From positions 1 to 39,350 of the IMG/VR virus record IMGVR_UViG_3300010381_000001: 39,350 nt of DNA; one strand, written 5' to 3'. The number at the start of each line of letters is the position of its first letter. Position 1 is the stretch's first letter. A model generated the notes under the pieces. The model saw nothing but the letters and a program-made list of their open reading frames with translations. It was not told where the DNA came from and did no database searches. This document shows positions 18,665-27,332 of the stretch, piece after piece. This DNA is from a virus. Its lineage: Duplodnaviria > Caudoviricetes. Both the position numbers and the translations under genes were made by a program.

Positions 18665-18692
18665 ACTGCGCAATAGTACTTTTCACTATCTC
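18665..18692. repeat. dif-like junction site C
   Basis: ACTGCGCAATA-GTACTT-TTCACTATCTC, directly after the terminator. Confidence 0.55.
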
Positions 18693-18810
18693 ATATAGCG
18701 CTGAAAGCCTTGATAATGCTTGATTACAGGCGATATGGGATATAATGGTAACTCGGTAACTAATCCGAAATAGAGCTCACCAATCGGTGGGCTTTTCTTA
18801 TGCCATTCAG

Positions 18811-18843
18811 CGACAATAGACCTTTCATTTTCCGTGATAAAAT
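18811..18843 (+). promoter_or_regulatory. Phage late-type promoter motif, copy 5 (tail genes)
   Basis: CGACAATAG-N15-TGATAAAAT. Confidence 0.6.
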
Positions 18844-18863
18844 TAATATAAGGAAGTGATTTT

Positions 18864-19019
18864 GTGATAGACAAACTGAACGAACGCCTAAAGGAATTAA
18901 CCGTGCAGCGTCAACAGGCTCAGGCAATGTTGCAAAAAGTGACTACGGATATTCTGATGATAGATGGCGGTATAAACGAAATCAATCGATTAATTAAGCA
19001 GGAAGGTGAGGCGGAATGA
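18864..19019 (+). CDS. Small coiled-coil protein (not in ORF track)
   Basis: GTG after AAGGAAG; MIDKLNERLKELTVQRQQ...DGGINEI...AE, 51 aa; ATGA overlap with the next gene. Confidence 0.7.
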   Translation: MIDKLNERLKELTVQRQQAQAMLQKVTTDILMIDGGINEINRLIKQEGEAE

Positions 19020-19861
19020 CGGTATCTGACTATATCACAGCGTATAACTCTGAGGTAGATCACCCATATACCAGTGCGACGCTTCTTAAATACATCAATC
19101 TCCTGGAATCGAACCTTGACATAATCAAAACGTACACGGTCAAGTATTATGCGAGAGTGCTGAATTCCTTCCAATACACCTTACCAACGGGCGTAACGGT
19201 AGAAGATATACGAAGCGTTCATGTGAATGGAGTAAAGTACAAAAAGAAGGATGCAAGAGCGTACAAGGAAAGACATTCATATTGGATAGAGGATGATAAG
19301 TTATGTATCTATCCTGCGTGTTCAGAAGCCGATTTGAGCTACGTTTCCGAAGCAGGCGAGATAACATTCGCCGCTGATACAATAACGACTACAGGGAATG
19401 ATTTTACCTTTAGTATAGGCGATACAATACTTGTTTCCGGCGCAACTACCGCAGCGAATAATAAACATGCAACAATAATAAGTGTTGCCGCTAAAGTATT
19501 GACATTTGCTGCTTCAACCTGGACAGCCGGTGCAGATGCGGCAGCTGTCACAATAGCAAGACCGAAAATAAGAGTAGTGTATGAGAATAAACATACAACG
19601 AAGCTGATTGCCAATATCGCTACGGATACATTAAATCTGGACGATAAGTGGGTGGATTTGTACGACCATTATCTCTCAGCCAAAATAGCGGGTTTACAAA
19701 AAGAATATGGCGAAGAGAACAATTACATGGCTCTGTACAATGCAAGGCTGAATGACTTTATACAATGGTACGAGAACAACAGAGCAGGAAAGCCTTTGAG
19801 CGAAATTGTACCGGAAGAAGATTGCAACGAGAGCAGTAACTTTGATAATGATTGGAGATAA
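19016..19861 (+). CDS. Head-tail adaptor / tail tubular protein A-like
   Basis: MTVSDYI...LLKYIN...QYTLP...LCIYP...YLSAK pattern; precedes the nozzle-like gene. Confidence 0.7.
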   Translation: MTVSDYITAYNSEVDHPYTSATLLKYINLLESNLDIIKTYTVKYYARVLNSFQYTLPTGVTVEDIRSVHVNGVKYKKKDARAYKERHSYWIEDDKLCIYPACSEADLSYVSEAGEITFAADTITTTGNDFTFSIGDTILVSGATTAANNKHATIISVAAKVLTFAASTWTAGADAAAVTIARPKIRVVYENKHTTKLIANIATDTLNLDDKWVDLYDHYLSAKIAGLQKEYGEENNYMALYNARLNDFIQWYENNRAGKPLSEIVPEEDCNESSNFDNDWR

Positions 19862-19864
19862 ACC

Positions 19865-21172
19865 ATGTTTATGCCGCAGCTGCCTTATGTGAATAAACTA
19901 ATAAAGCGAAGCACTGTAGAGTGGGCCGGCCTATGCCGCAAAGATTTAATAGCAGACAACCAGCTTGCCGAAACCAGCAATATGAGTACGAAAAGCTTTC
20001 CCTTGCTCAGCCCGCGTTTGCCTCGCACTACCTCATATACTCTCACAAGCGCTACGGCTCTATTTGCTTCATTGAAATTAGCTTGGGTGGCAGGAACTGA
20101 CTTTCTGTACGATAACGTAGACAAGGGCAACGTGACCGCAGGAAGTAAGTCAATGGTAGACTTCAACGGTAAAATTGTTATATTCCCCGATAAAGCGGCT
20201 TATGACTACATAGCTGATTCATTCGCTACGTTCGGTACTGGTACGTATCCCACTGCCGGAAGCGTACCGGACATAGATTATGCTTGCACACTGGACAACC
20301 GTATATGGGGCGTGAAAGGCGATAATATATATTGTACTGCATTGGGCGATTATGACGACTGGACGACCTTTTCAAGCCCTACAGAAGCTACAGACGCATG
20401 GAGTGTTGATACGGGTACAAATGGTAGCTTTACCGGTATAGTAAGTTACAAAGGTACAAATCTGGCGTTCAAACGTGATTGCGTGTGGAAACGGTTTGGC
20501 GATACTCCGTCAGATTTCCAATTTGTTGAAATATCGCGGCTCGGCTGTATAAATCATAAATCAATCTGCGAAGTCAACAATATACTGTTCTGGCTATCTC
20601 CGCAAGGCGTAGTTGCATACACTGGCGGCACACCGGAAGTAATCAGCGAGGACTTGAACGATAATTACGTTTCTGCTGTAGCCGGTGGAGATGGCAGGAG
20701 ATATTATATTTCGCTGTATGATGGTTCGGCATATAAACTGTATGTCTATGATACGTGGAAGAATATCTGGACGCAGGAAGATACATTAAATGTAACCCAA
20801 TTTGTGTACTTTGATGGATACCTGTACGTTCTGGCAAGTGACAATAAAATTTACCAGTTCGGAACGGGTACAGAATCGGTGCAGTGGTTTGCAATTACTA
20901 AAGCTTTTAGCGAATCCGTGAATAACCGTAAATGTCACAGTCAATTGTCCTTCCGTGCCGATTTGGAAACAGGCTCAACATTGTCCATATACATTAAGGA
21001 AGATAACGGCTCATTCAGGCTTGTTAAGACTTATACAGCGACAGGTTTGACGAGTTTTAATGTGGCAATCCAGCCGAAACGCTGTGATCATTTCACTATT
21101 AAGGCGGTTGGTTCTGGTGAAGGGGTTATACACGAAATGACAAGAAAATTCTATGTAGGGTCGGAGGTATAA
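19865..21172 (+). CDS. Tail nozzle / DNA stabilisation protein (tubular B / P22 gp10-like)
   Basis: 435 aa, beta-propeller-like (DNRIWGV, IYCTALGD, GCINHKSI, LFWLSPQGVVAYTGG). Confidence 0.75.
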   Translation: MFMPQLPYVNKLIKRSTVEWAGLCRKDLIADNQLAETSNMSTKSFPLLSPRLPRTTSYTLTSATALFASLKLAWVAGTDFLYDNVDKGNVTAGSKSMVDFNGKIVIFPDKAAYDYIADSFATFGTGTYPTAGSVPDIDYACTLDNRIWGVKGDNIYCTALGDYDDWTTFSSPTEATDAWSVDTGTNGSFTGIVSYKGTNLAFKRDCVWKRFGDTPSDFQFVEISRLGCINHKSICEVNNILFWLSPQGVVAYTGGTPEVISEDLNDNYVSAVAGGDGRRYYISLYDGSAYKLYVYDTWKNIWTQEDTLNVTQFVYFDGYLYVLASDNKIYQFGTGTESVQWFAITKAFSESVNNRKCHSQLSFRADLETGSTLSIYIKEDNGSFRLVKTYTATGLTSFNVAIQPKRCDHFTIKAVGSGEGVIHEMTRKFYVGSEV

Positions 21173-21173
21173 T

Positions 21174-23795
21174 ATGGTAACGAATAACTTTGCTTTAACT
21201 TTGCAACAGGTTTGGAGGGACTATCAGGACACAGATATTATTGTGGTAAGCAACGATACTGATGTGAACATACTAACCATAAGGGTATTTAACGGAACCA
21301 CAGAAATAACCTACGGCGAACTTGCATCCGGTACAATAACGTTTGTAAAGGACGATGGTAATATCGTACAGGGCAACCTGACTATTGGCGCGGCAAGCAT
21401 TACTTATACAATGGGTACGAATGAAATTGCCATACCTGGGACGGTGAGAGCATCCATTCAGTTATATGGTGCAAGTGGTGAACGATTGACTCCTGCTAAA
21501 TTCCGGTTCAGGGTAGAGAGTGATTTAAGCAGTGCAGGCGCAACTCCTTCAACTACTGATTTGATTGCTATAGCGGCCTTAAATTCCAGCCTATCTGCGC
21601 ATACGGCAGAAACTATGCAATATGAGGGTAGAAAATTCACCATAAACAATCCATATAAAAGCGGTGGCTCCTTATCTTTAAAAGGCCAGCTACATTGTCA
21701 CACAACAGGTTCAGATGGAGCGCAGACACCACTTGCTGTTGCAACAGCATACAAAACAGCAGGGTATGACTTTTTAGCAATTACAGACCATGATAATATT
21801 ACACCAGATCCTGTTGTCGCTGGTTTAACATTTATACAATCTGTTGAAGAATCAATTTCTCATCATATTGTTGCTTACGATATAACAGAACGAAGTGGAA
21901 GTTTAGACGTTCAGACGGTATTGAATTTTCATGAAGACAGAAATAAGATAACTTCTATAGCTCATCCGAATTGGATCAATATGTATCAGCTAACAGCGGA
22001 CGAAATGGCAAAATTATCGGAGTATAATTTTACTGAGGTTTATAATAATGTATTGGATTCTTATGCAGAATCGCAATGGGATTATGCTTTGAGTACATAT
22101 AAAAAGGTATTTGCGACTGCCGTTGATGATTGTCATGATATTACAGGTGCTAAATTTAATGGTGGATGGGTAGTGGTATTTACAGAAACTAATACAAAAG
22201 ATGCCATACTGGAGTCGCTGAGAAATGGTAATTTTTACGCTTCAACTGGCAATGATATATCTATATCTTTTAGTGGTAATGAAATTACTGCTTCAAGTGC
22301 TGCTTCAAGCACTATAACCTTTATTGGATGGAATGGAAAAGCGCTACAAACAACTGCTGGTGTGACTACTGCTACCTATACAATAAAGGGTGACGAAGGA
22401 TATATAAGAGTAAGGTCAGTCAGAACATCGGATTCAAAATATGCTTGGAGTCAGCCAATATTTATTGATGTAATAGGTGGGGATGATAAGAACTTTACTA
22501 AGCAAGCTCTAGATAACCTTGAAGGTACTAGTGGATTTGCAAGTAATTTGCCAGTTTATATTAATAGTAATGTGGTTCAAATAGCAACATGTGAAACTGC
22601 TGAAGGTTGGTTATCTGGAATTTGGAACGGTGGTGCTGGAACATATTCCTCTGATAGTACTAATTATAAAGTTGGTAATGCGGGTGCAAAAACGACAGGA
22701 ACGTTACAATATACAGGGATGCATTTGGTTAAAAATATGAACCTATCTATATTCAGTGATGGTTCTGCATCAGATGGTTCCGACTATATATGTATGGCTA
22801 TATATTTTGATGCTACAAGCTTTACCAACTTGGGAGTAAATGGCATATCCATTTCATTTTTGTGTGATACCAAACCTACAGTGACAAACACTTATTTATT
22901 CACTGTAGGAAAAAGTACTTTAGTTGCAGGATGGAATTTTGTTAAAATACAAAAATCATCATTTACTGTAACCGGGATTCCGGATTGGGCAGCCGTAAAA
23001 GGGGTACAAATATTTATTAGTAATGCACCTTATGGGGAATTATCAGTTACGGTCGATAATATTCAAATGATACGAAAAGACCCGGAGAATAGTTACCCTA
23101 ATCCTTTTCAGTATAAAGTTGGCGATGTGTGGAAAAGAGATTTTTCAGTAATCGGGAATTGGTTTGTAGGGGTGGAAAACGGGGAGCTTGTGTGTAGAGA
23201 GATCTCTAGCCAAACTACCAGACAGGCACTCTTGTCAACCGTTGGTTATACCAATTTTGTATCAAGGTCAATCGTCAAGACAAAAACGAATAAGGCTTAC
23301 TCACACAGCATTGGCAATAGTTACAATAATATTATAACAGCGCATTGGTATGGCACAGGATTGACGTTAAACGCGTATTACAATACGATTCAGGAAATAG
23401 GCATAACAAAAACAGTTCCTCCTTTAGCAGTAGGGGATATAGTCGAGTTTATAATAGCTAAGAATGGCAATGTTGTAACATTGACGGTATATAGAAACTT
23501 TGACTACAGTACCCCATATGTGATTAATGGAAAGTGCTCTCTCATATCTAAATTGCTTTTGGGGATGCAGTGCAATCTGGAGGCAATTCAAAGCGTTTTG
23601 TCAATGTCAATAGCCTCTGCAAAATCAGCTTATCATGCAGACGTAGCAGATATTTCTCAAAGGATTGCCACGAAGTACAAAGCTGGAGCATTTACGGCTG
23701 ATGATATCAACCCTGGTGAAATAGGCATTGACACTACCAATAATAGATTATATGTCAAATATGGTGGTGTAGTAAAATATGCTAGTTTGACTTAA
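21174..23795 (+). CDS. Receptor-binding-type protein: BppU-like N-terminal anchor + PHP (CehA/McbA-like) metallohydrolase + beta-sandwich domains
   Basis: N-terminal ND-x-DVN...ITFVKDDG...PGTVRASIQLY...RLT; PHP motifs KGQLHCHT, ITDHD, AHP, EVYN, DDCH. Confidence 0.8.
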   Translation: MVTNNFALTLQQVWRDYQDTDIIVVSNDTDVNILTIRVFNGTTEITYGELASGTITFVKDDGNIVQGNLTIGAASITYTMGTNEIAIPGTVRASIQLYGASGERLTPAKFRFRVESDLSSAGATPSTTDLIAIAALNSSLSAHTAETMQYEGRKFTINNPYKSGGSLSLKGQLHCHTTGSDGAQTPLAVATAYKTAGYDFLAITDHDNITPDPVVAGLTFIQSVEESISHHIVAYDITERSGSLDVQTVLNFHEDRNKITSIAHPNWINMYQLTADEMAKLSEYNFTEVYNNVLDSYAESQWDYALSTYKKVFATAVDDCHDITGAKFNGGWVVVFTETNTKDAILESLRNGNFYASTGNDISISFSGNEITASSAASSTITFIGWNGKALQTTAGVTTATYTIKGDEGYIRVRSVRTSDSKYAWSQPIFIDVIGGDDKNFTKQALDNLEGTSGFASNLPVYINSNVVQIATCETAEGWLSGIWNGGAGTYSSDSTNYKVGNAGAKTTGTLQYTGMHLVKNMNLSIFSDGSASDGSDYICMAIYFDATSFTNLGVNGISISFLCDTKPTVTNTYLFTVGKSTLVAGWNFVKIQKSSFTVTGIPDWAAVKGVQIFISNAPYGELSVTVDNIQMIRKDPENSYPNPFQYKVGDVWKRDFSVIGNWFVGVENGELVCREISSQTTRQALLSTVGYTNFVSRSIVKTKTNKAYSHSIGNSYNNIITAHWYGTGLTLNAYYNTIQEIGITKTVPPLAVGDIVEFIIAKNGNVVTLTVYRNFDYSTPYVINGKCSLISKLLLGMQCNLEAIQSVLSMSIASAKSAYHADVADISQRIATKYKAGAFTADDINPGEIGIDTTNNRLYVKYGGVVKYASLT
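21594..21621. repeat. dif-like junction site D (in frame, SAHTAETMQ)
   Basis: TCTGCGCATAC-GGCAGA-AACTATGCAAT at the BppU/PHP boundary; spacer matches site A at 5 of 6 positions. Confidence 0.55.
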
Positions 23796-23796
23796 T

Positions 23797-23824
23797 GTGA
23801 TGCATAAGGATTAAACTGTGAAAC
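23797..23824. repeat. dif-like junction site E
   Basis: GTGATGCATAA-GGATTA-AACTGTGAAAC, one base after the stop of 21174..23795. Confidence 0.5.
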
Positions 23825-23841
23825 ATTAAAGGGGTGATAAT

Positions 23842-24726
23842 ATGCCAACACCAAAATTTCAGCCATACGCACCAGGCTTGTACGATGATACAGACAAGAA
23901 AATAAAAGGGTTAGGTAATGCTTATGTTGAGACTACGCAGTACCTTCAATGGATGCTGTCTCACCTTGACGAAAAAAACGTTGTCCGCGCAAAGGCGGTA
24001 GTAACAGATTGGGTATATGCTGGAAATGTTACAACAGACCAATTGACGGCAGGTACAGCTAAAATCAGCACGGCTTTGATTGAATCTCTCGTAGTTGGAT
24101 CAAATGTCACTATGGGGCCGAACGTCTATATCTCATGGAACAATGTCACTGATCAACCTGCGCCTTATACAGATGCACAAGCGTTGGCGGCATGGGTTGC
24201 AAGTGGGTACAAAACTTATATAGATGAGAATGGCGTATATACAGGTGCTTTAACGGCTAATCAGATAACAACCGGAACATTATCTAGCGTTACTATAGAC
24301 GTAACTACGGATTTAAATGTGGGGAATAATATATATTTATATCGTGGTGGTTTTGACGATAAATCGATTTATTTTAGTGATAATACTTATCTCCAAGAAA
24401 CATATTTGGATTATTTTGTATTGCAATCAGCTAGGGACCTCATTTTAAAAACTTATACAAACTATAATCATATTTTATTGCAAATTTCAACCGACGTTAT
24501 GGTAGACGTTACTCCTACCGGTGTTCAATTAAATGGTAAGTTGGCTTTTTTTGGTGGCGACCCAGTGATAAAAACCACTGTTAGCGACCCAAGTAGCATA
24601 GGTACGGGCAGCTCTCCATCAACGTGGACGCAATCGTGGGGGAGTAATGTTAAGACCGATTTGGATAATTTGCGAAGTACGCTAAATAATTTAATTAATG
24701 CCTTACAATCGTATGGTATGGTTTAA
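23842..24726 (+). CDS. Putative tail needle/minor tail protein
   Basis: YLQWMLSHLDEKNV N-terminus, TYIDENGVYTG-x-L-x-A-x-QI repeats, C-terminal LNNLINALQSYG helix. Confidence 0.6.
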   Translation: MPTPKFQPYAPGLYDDTDKKIKGLGNAYVETTQYLQWMLSHLDEKNVVRAKAVVTDWVYAGNVTTDQLTAGTAKISTALIESLVVGSNVTMGPNVYISWNNVTDQPAPYTDAQALAAWVASGYKTYIDENGVYTGALTANQITTGTLSSVTIDVTTDLNVGNNIYLYRGGFDDKSIYFSDNTYLQETYLDYFVLQSARDLILKTYTNYNHILLQISTDVMVDVTPTGVQLNGKLAFFGGDPVIKTTVSDPSSIGTGSSPSTWTQSWGSNVKTDLDNLRSTLNNLINALQSYGMV

Positions 24727-24745
24727 GAAACATGTTTTTTATAAA

Positions 24746-24802
24746 ATAAAGCATAAAAACAGGGCGAAACCGATTTAGTCAAGCCCTGTTTTTATGCTTT
24801 AT
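24746..24802. terminator. Bidirectional terminator between convergent genes
   Basis: Perfect 20-bp inverted repeat ATAAAGCATAAAAACAGGGC / GCCCTGTTTTTATGCTTTAT with a 17-nt loop. Confidence 0.8.
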
Positions 24803-24807
24803 AACGT

Positions 24808-25566
24808 TTAAAAATTTTCATCTATTATTGACCACCATCTAAATGCTAATGGTGTGGCACTATCATAATTCTTCGCTAATACGTCGAAGTTTGCCCAACT
24901 ACAGTAAGAGTTTGAAGAATTTTGATAGCCACCCTCTGTACTTGAAACACGCGATAAGTGATAGTAACTACCTGTCAATTTTTTATTTGGCATTGCTACA
25001 ATAGCTGCTTTTGCAAGGTTTTCCTGATGTTCTTTTAGTTGCGCTTTTGTTTTCTGACGAAGATGCATGTCGTTTCTGTTATCATTTAGCGCTCTATTAA
25101 AGAAATTTATATCAAAATCCACAAAAATTTTATAATCGAAAGGCAAGATAGTATTTGTGTTTTCGGTAATTGAAAAAGTAAATGTTGTTGTTCCTAAGTC
25201 GGTCGATAAGGTTGAATAGTTATTTGAAAGAAACGTTTTTAGTGAATCGGCAGAATCTAGCACCTCGGTAGGGCTGGATATAGGCGTAGGGTTTATAGCG
25301 TCCACCTTTGTGTCAATCTCTATCGTCCCTGTTTCACCAACATATTGGAATTCTGCTCCTATTTTATCACATATACTGCGGAATGTTGCAACTGGAACAT
25401 AGTTGTATCCTGGCTCCATATACAGCATGGGCAGAGTATCATCCTTCACCTCAGTACCGTCTACAACCAGCTTCACCGACGACGGTACAAGCGTATATGC
25501 TCCTGCGCCAATAGCTGTAAACAATAACGCTGCACAGAGAAAGCCTAACATAAATCCTTTTTTCAT
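24808..25566 (-). CDS. Secreted/surface protein with copper-amine-oxidase-N (stalk)-like domain; moron
   Basis: Signal peptide MKKGFMLGFLCAALLFTAIGAGA; KLVVDG...NYVPV-x-x-FR-x-I-x-x-x-IGA; own promoter. Confidence 0.8.
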   Translation of the reverse strand: MKKGFMLGFLCAALLFTAIGAGAYTLVPSSVKLVVDGTEVKDDTLPMLYMEPGYNYVPVATFRSICDKIGAEFQYVGETGTIEIDTKVDAINPTPISSPTEVLDSADSLKTFLSNNYSTLSTDLGTTTFTFSITENTNTILPFDYKIFVDFDINFFNRALNDNRNDMHLRQKTKAQLKEHQENLAKAAIVAMPNKKLTGSYYHLSRVSSTEGGYQNSSNSYCSWANFDVLAKNYDSATPLAFRWWSIIDENF

Positions 25567-25598
25567 GGTACAAAACCACCTTTCATAATCCTATTTAC

Positions 25599-25627
25599 AT
25601 TATATGCACGTTTATTATTCTTGTCAA
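25599..25627 (-). promoter_or_regulatory. sigmaA consensus promoter
   Basis: TTGACA-17-TATAAT on the minus strand. Confidence 0.85.
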
Positions 25628-25644
25628 AATTGTGTAAAATATAT

Positions 25645-25863
25645 TCAACGTTTAATAATTGTCTCAAACCTATTAAAGCGGTAGCCTACAAAAATTAGTG
25701 TAATCATGCAAGATATAAGTTGAACTGATGAAGGCAGACCTATAGCTCTTAACAACTGAGACATTGCATAACCACAGCCAATCATCCCGGCAAATACACC
25801 AATTATTGCAACAATAAAGCATATTTTATCCATAACATTTTCACATTGCCACACATTTATCAC
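25645..25863 (-). CDS. Small two-helix membrane protein (start uncertain)
   Basis: Two hydrophobic segments; TTGACA-17-TATTAT upstream at 25872-25900. Confidence 0.55.
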   Translation of the reverse strand: MINVWQCENVMDKICFIVAIIGVFAGMIGCGYAMSQLLRAIGLPSSVQLISCMITLIFVGYRFNRFETIIKR

Positions 25864-25928
25864 CCGCTTATATAATATTTCAGTTTTTAAATTTTGTCAA
25901 ATTGTGGGTGAGATATGCGGCAATCGAG

Positions 25929-25961
25929 CAATGAAAGAGGTGACAAAATGTGTGATACGAT
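25929..25961 (+). promoter_or_regulatory. Phage late-type promoter motif, copy 6
   Basis: CAATGAAAG-N15-TGATACGAT; shares GAGCAATGAAAGAGGT with copy 2. Confidence 0.6.
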
Positions 25962-26065
25962 AGATATAGTAAGGGTTGTCCGGCCAGACGTAAAACACGG
26001 AGAGGTGCCATCATCACTTCTCCTGTTATCCCAAAATAAATGACCTGTGATGGGGGTTATGTATA

Positions 26066-26416
26066 ATGGGTAAGAATAAGTATCATATCAAAGAACAGTT
26101 TATGCCAGTTACGAAATCACTTGTTAAAAGTCAAGCATGGAAGGAATTGCCCGATTGTGCAATAAGGGTTTATATGCTTATATATCTCGACTGTAAAAGT
26201 TATGAATTTGGCAAAGAGAAACCCGGCGTTGAAGGCGGGCAACTTACATATAAACAAGCCGAAGGATATGGAATTAATAGAGAAAAACTCAAAAAGTCTA
26301 TTGAAGCGTTAATAGACAAAGGGTTTATTACTTTAAACCAAACCGGAGGCTTTTATCACAGACATAATTATTTTAAGTTATCGGATGAGTGGAAATGGTA
26401 CAAAGGGAGTGGATAA
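26066..26416 (+). CDS. Winged-helix DNA-binding protein, replication-initiator-like
   Basis: AWKELPDCAIRVYMLI...LTYKQA...GINREKLKKSIEALIDKGFI...GG...FKLSDEW. Confidence 0.7.
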   Translation: MGKNKYHIKEQFMPVTKSLVKSQAWKELPDCAIRVYMLIYLDCKSYEFGKEKPGVEGGQLTYKQAEGYGINREKLKKSIEALIDKGFITLNQTGGFYHRHNYFKLSDEWKWYKGSG

Positions 26417-26447
26417 AAAAGGGTATAGGGATGGTAGATCTATAAGG

Positions 26448-26623
26448 GTACTACCAGTTAGTACGTAGAGACAAATAATCCCAAAAGGCATTAAAGTAAG
26501 TAACATCAACGTTTAAGACCAATTTTAGTAAAATCATTACGTACTATATGGTAGTACGTAGAGCATATGGAAAAGAATTTTACGTACTGGATGGTAGTAC
26601 GTGTACGTACTAACTGGTAGTAC
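26448..26623. repeat. Iteron-like cluster, four copies of TACGTACT-N3-TGGTAGTAC
   Basis: Inverted copy 26448-26467; direct copies at 26538, 26581, 26604; first and last form a perfect 20-bp inverted repeat. Confidence 0.85.
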
Positions 26624-26652
26624 TGATTTATAAACTTAAAGGAGGTATTTTT

Positions 26653-27219
26653 ATGAAAATTGATTCTACAATATTTGAAGAATTTAAGTCTAGACATTTT
26701 TCTAAATCACGCTTACTTGTAGACTTTTATTATAGCGTTATCGATGTAGAAGACCACAAAAAATGTTTAACTCTCGTAGATAACGCAGGGATGATTATGG
26801 ACTATAACGATATTAAAGTGGTAATAGAAGGGCTTAAAAATTTTTTAAAAATAACATCCGCTGACAAAATAAAGCAAATTAACGAAGAACAATTAGAGCA
26901 TTTCACTAACGAAAAACCGCCTAGAGAGGAACATGTTAAAACAGATAGACCCGGATTTATATATATTGTAAAATTTACAGATTATTTTAAGATAGGCAAA
27001 ACAATAAATATGCAGAAAAGAATGGGCGAGTATACAAAACTTCCTGAAAAACCACAAATAATTATGTGCGAAGAAGTCGATAATTATTCGGCTATTGAGG
27101 AGAAACTGCATACTATTTTTGATAGTAAGAGAGTTAGAGGAGAATGGTTTAATCTATCGGAAAAGGATTTAAAAATCGCTAAGAAAATGATAAATAAAAA
27201 CAAGCTTGTACCTGCATAA
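26653..27219 (+). CDS. GIY-YIG nuclease family protein (T5orf172/MUG113-like)
   Basis: GFIYIV...FKIGKT...KRM...IEEKLH-x-x-F-x-x-KRVRGEWF. Confidence 0.88.
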   Translation: MKIDSTIFEEFKSRHFSKSRLLVDFYYSVIDVEDHKKCLTLVDNAGMIMDYNDIKVVIEGLKNFLKITSADKIKQINEEQLEHFTNEKPPREEHVKTDRPGFIYIVKFTDYFKIGKTINMQKRMGEYTKLPEKPQIIMCEEVDNYSAIEEKLHTIFDSKRVRGEWFNLSEKDLKIAKKMINKNKLVPA

Positions 27220-27236
27220 GGTGTTATACTTTTCAC

Positions 27237-27269
27237 CATTCAAAGCCGTCCCTATTTCCATGTTACAAT
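27237..27269 (+). promoter_or_regulatory. Phage late-type promoter motif, copy 7
   Basis: CATTCAAAG-N15-TGTTACAAT. Confidence 0.6.
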
Positions 27270-27332
27270 TATATTAGAAAGAAAACTTGCTATACGCGAG
27301 TGCTGAATTGTGTTATTCAAGGAGGTTCATGT

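Noticed and set aside
13951-24726. Diversity-generating retroelement or invertase shufflon for the fibre genes
   Set aside because: No reverse transcriptase, no ~100-bp template/variable repeat pair noticed, no invertase and no silent inverted fibre ends
24726-24738. Second LexA box (GAAACATGTTTT)
   Set aside because: Does not match GAAC-N4-GTT(C/T) and lies between convergent gene ends
26448-26623. CRISPR mini-array
   Set aside because: Irregular spacing, mixed orientation, 20-bp units and no cas genes
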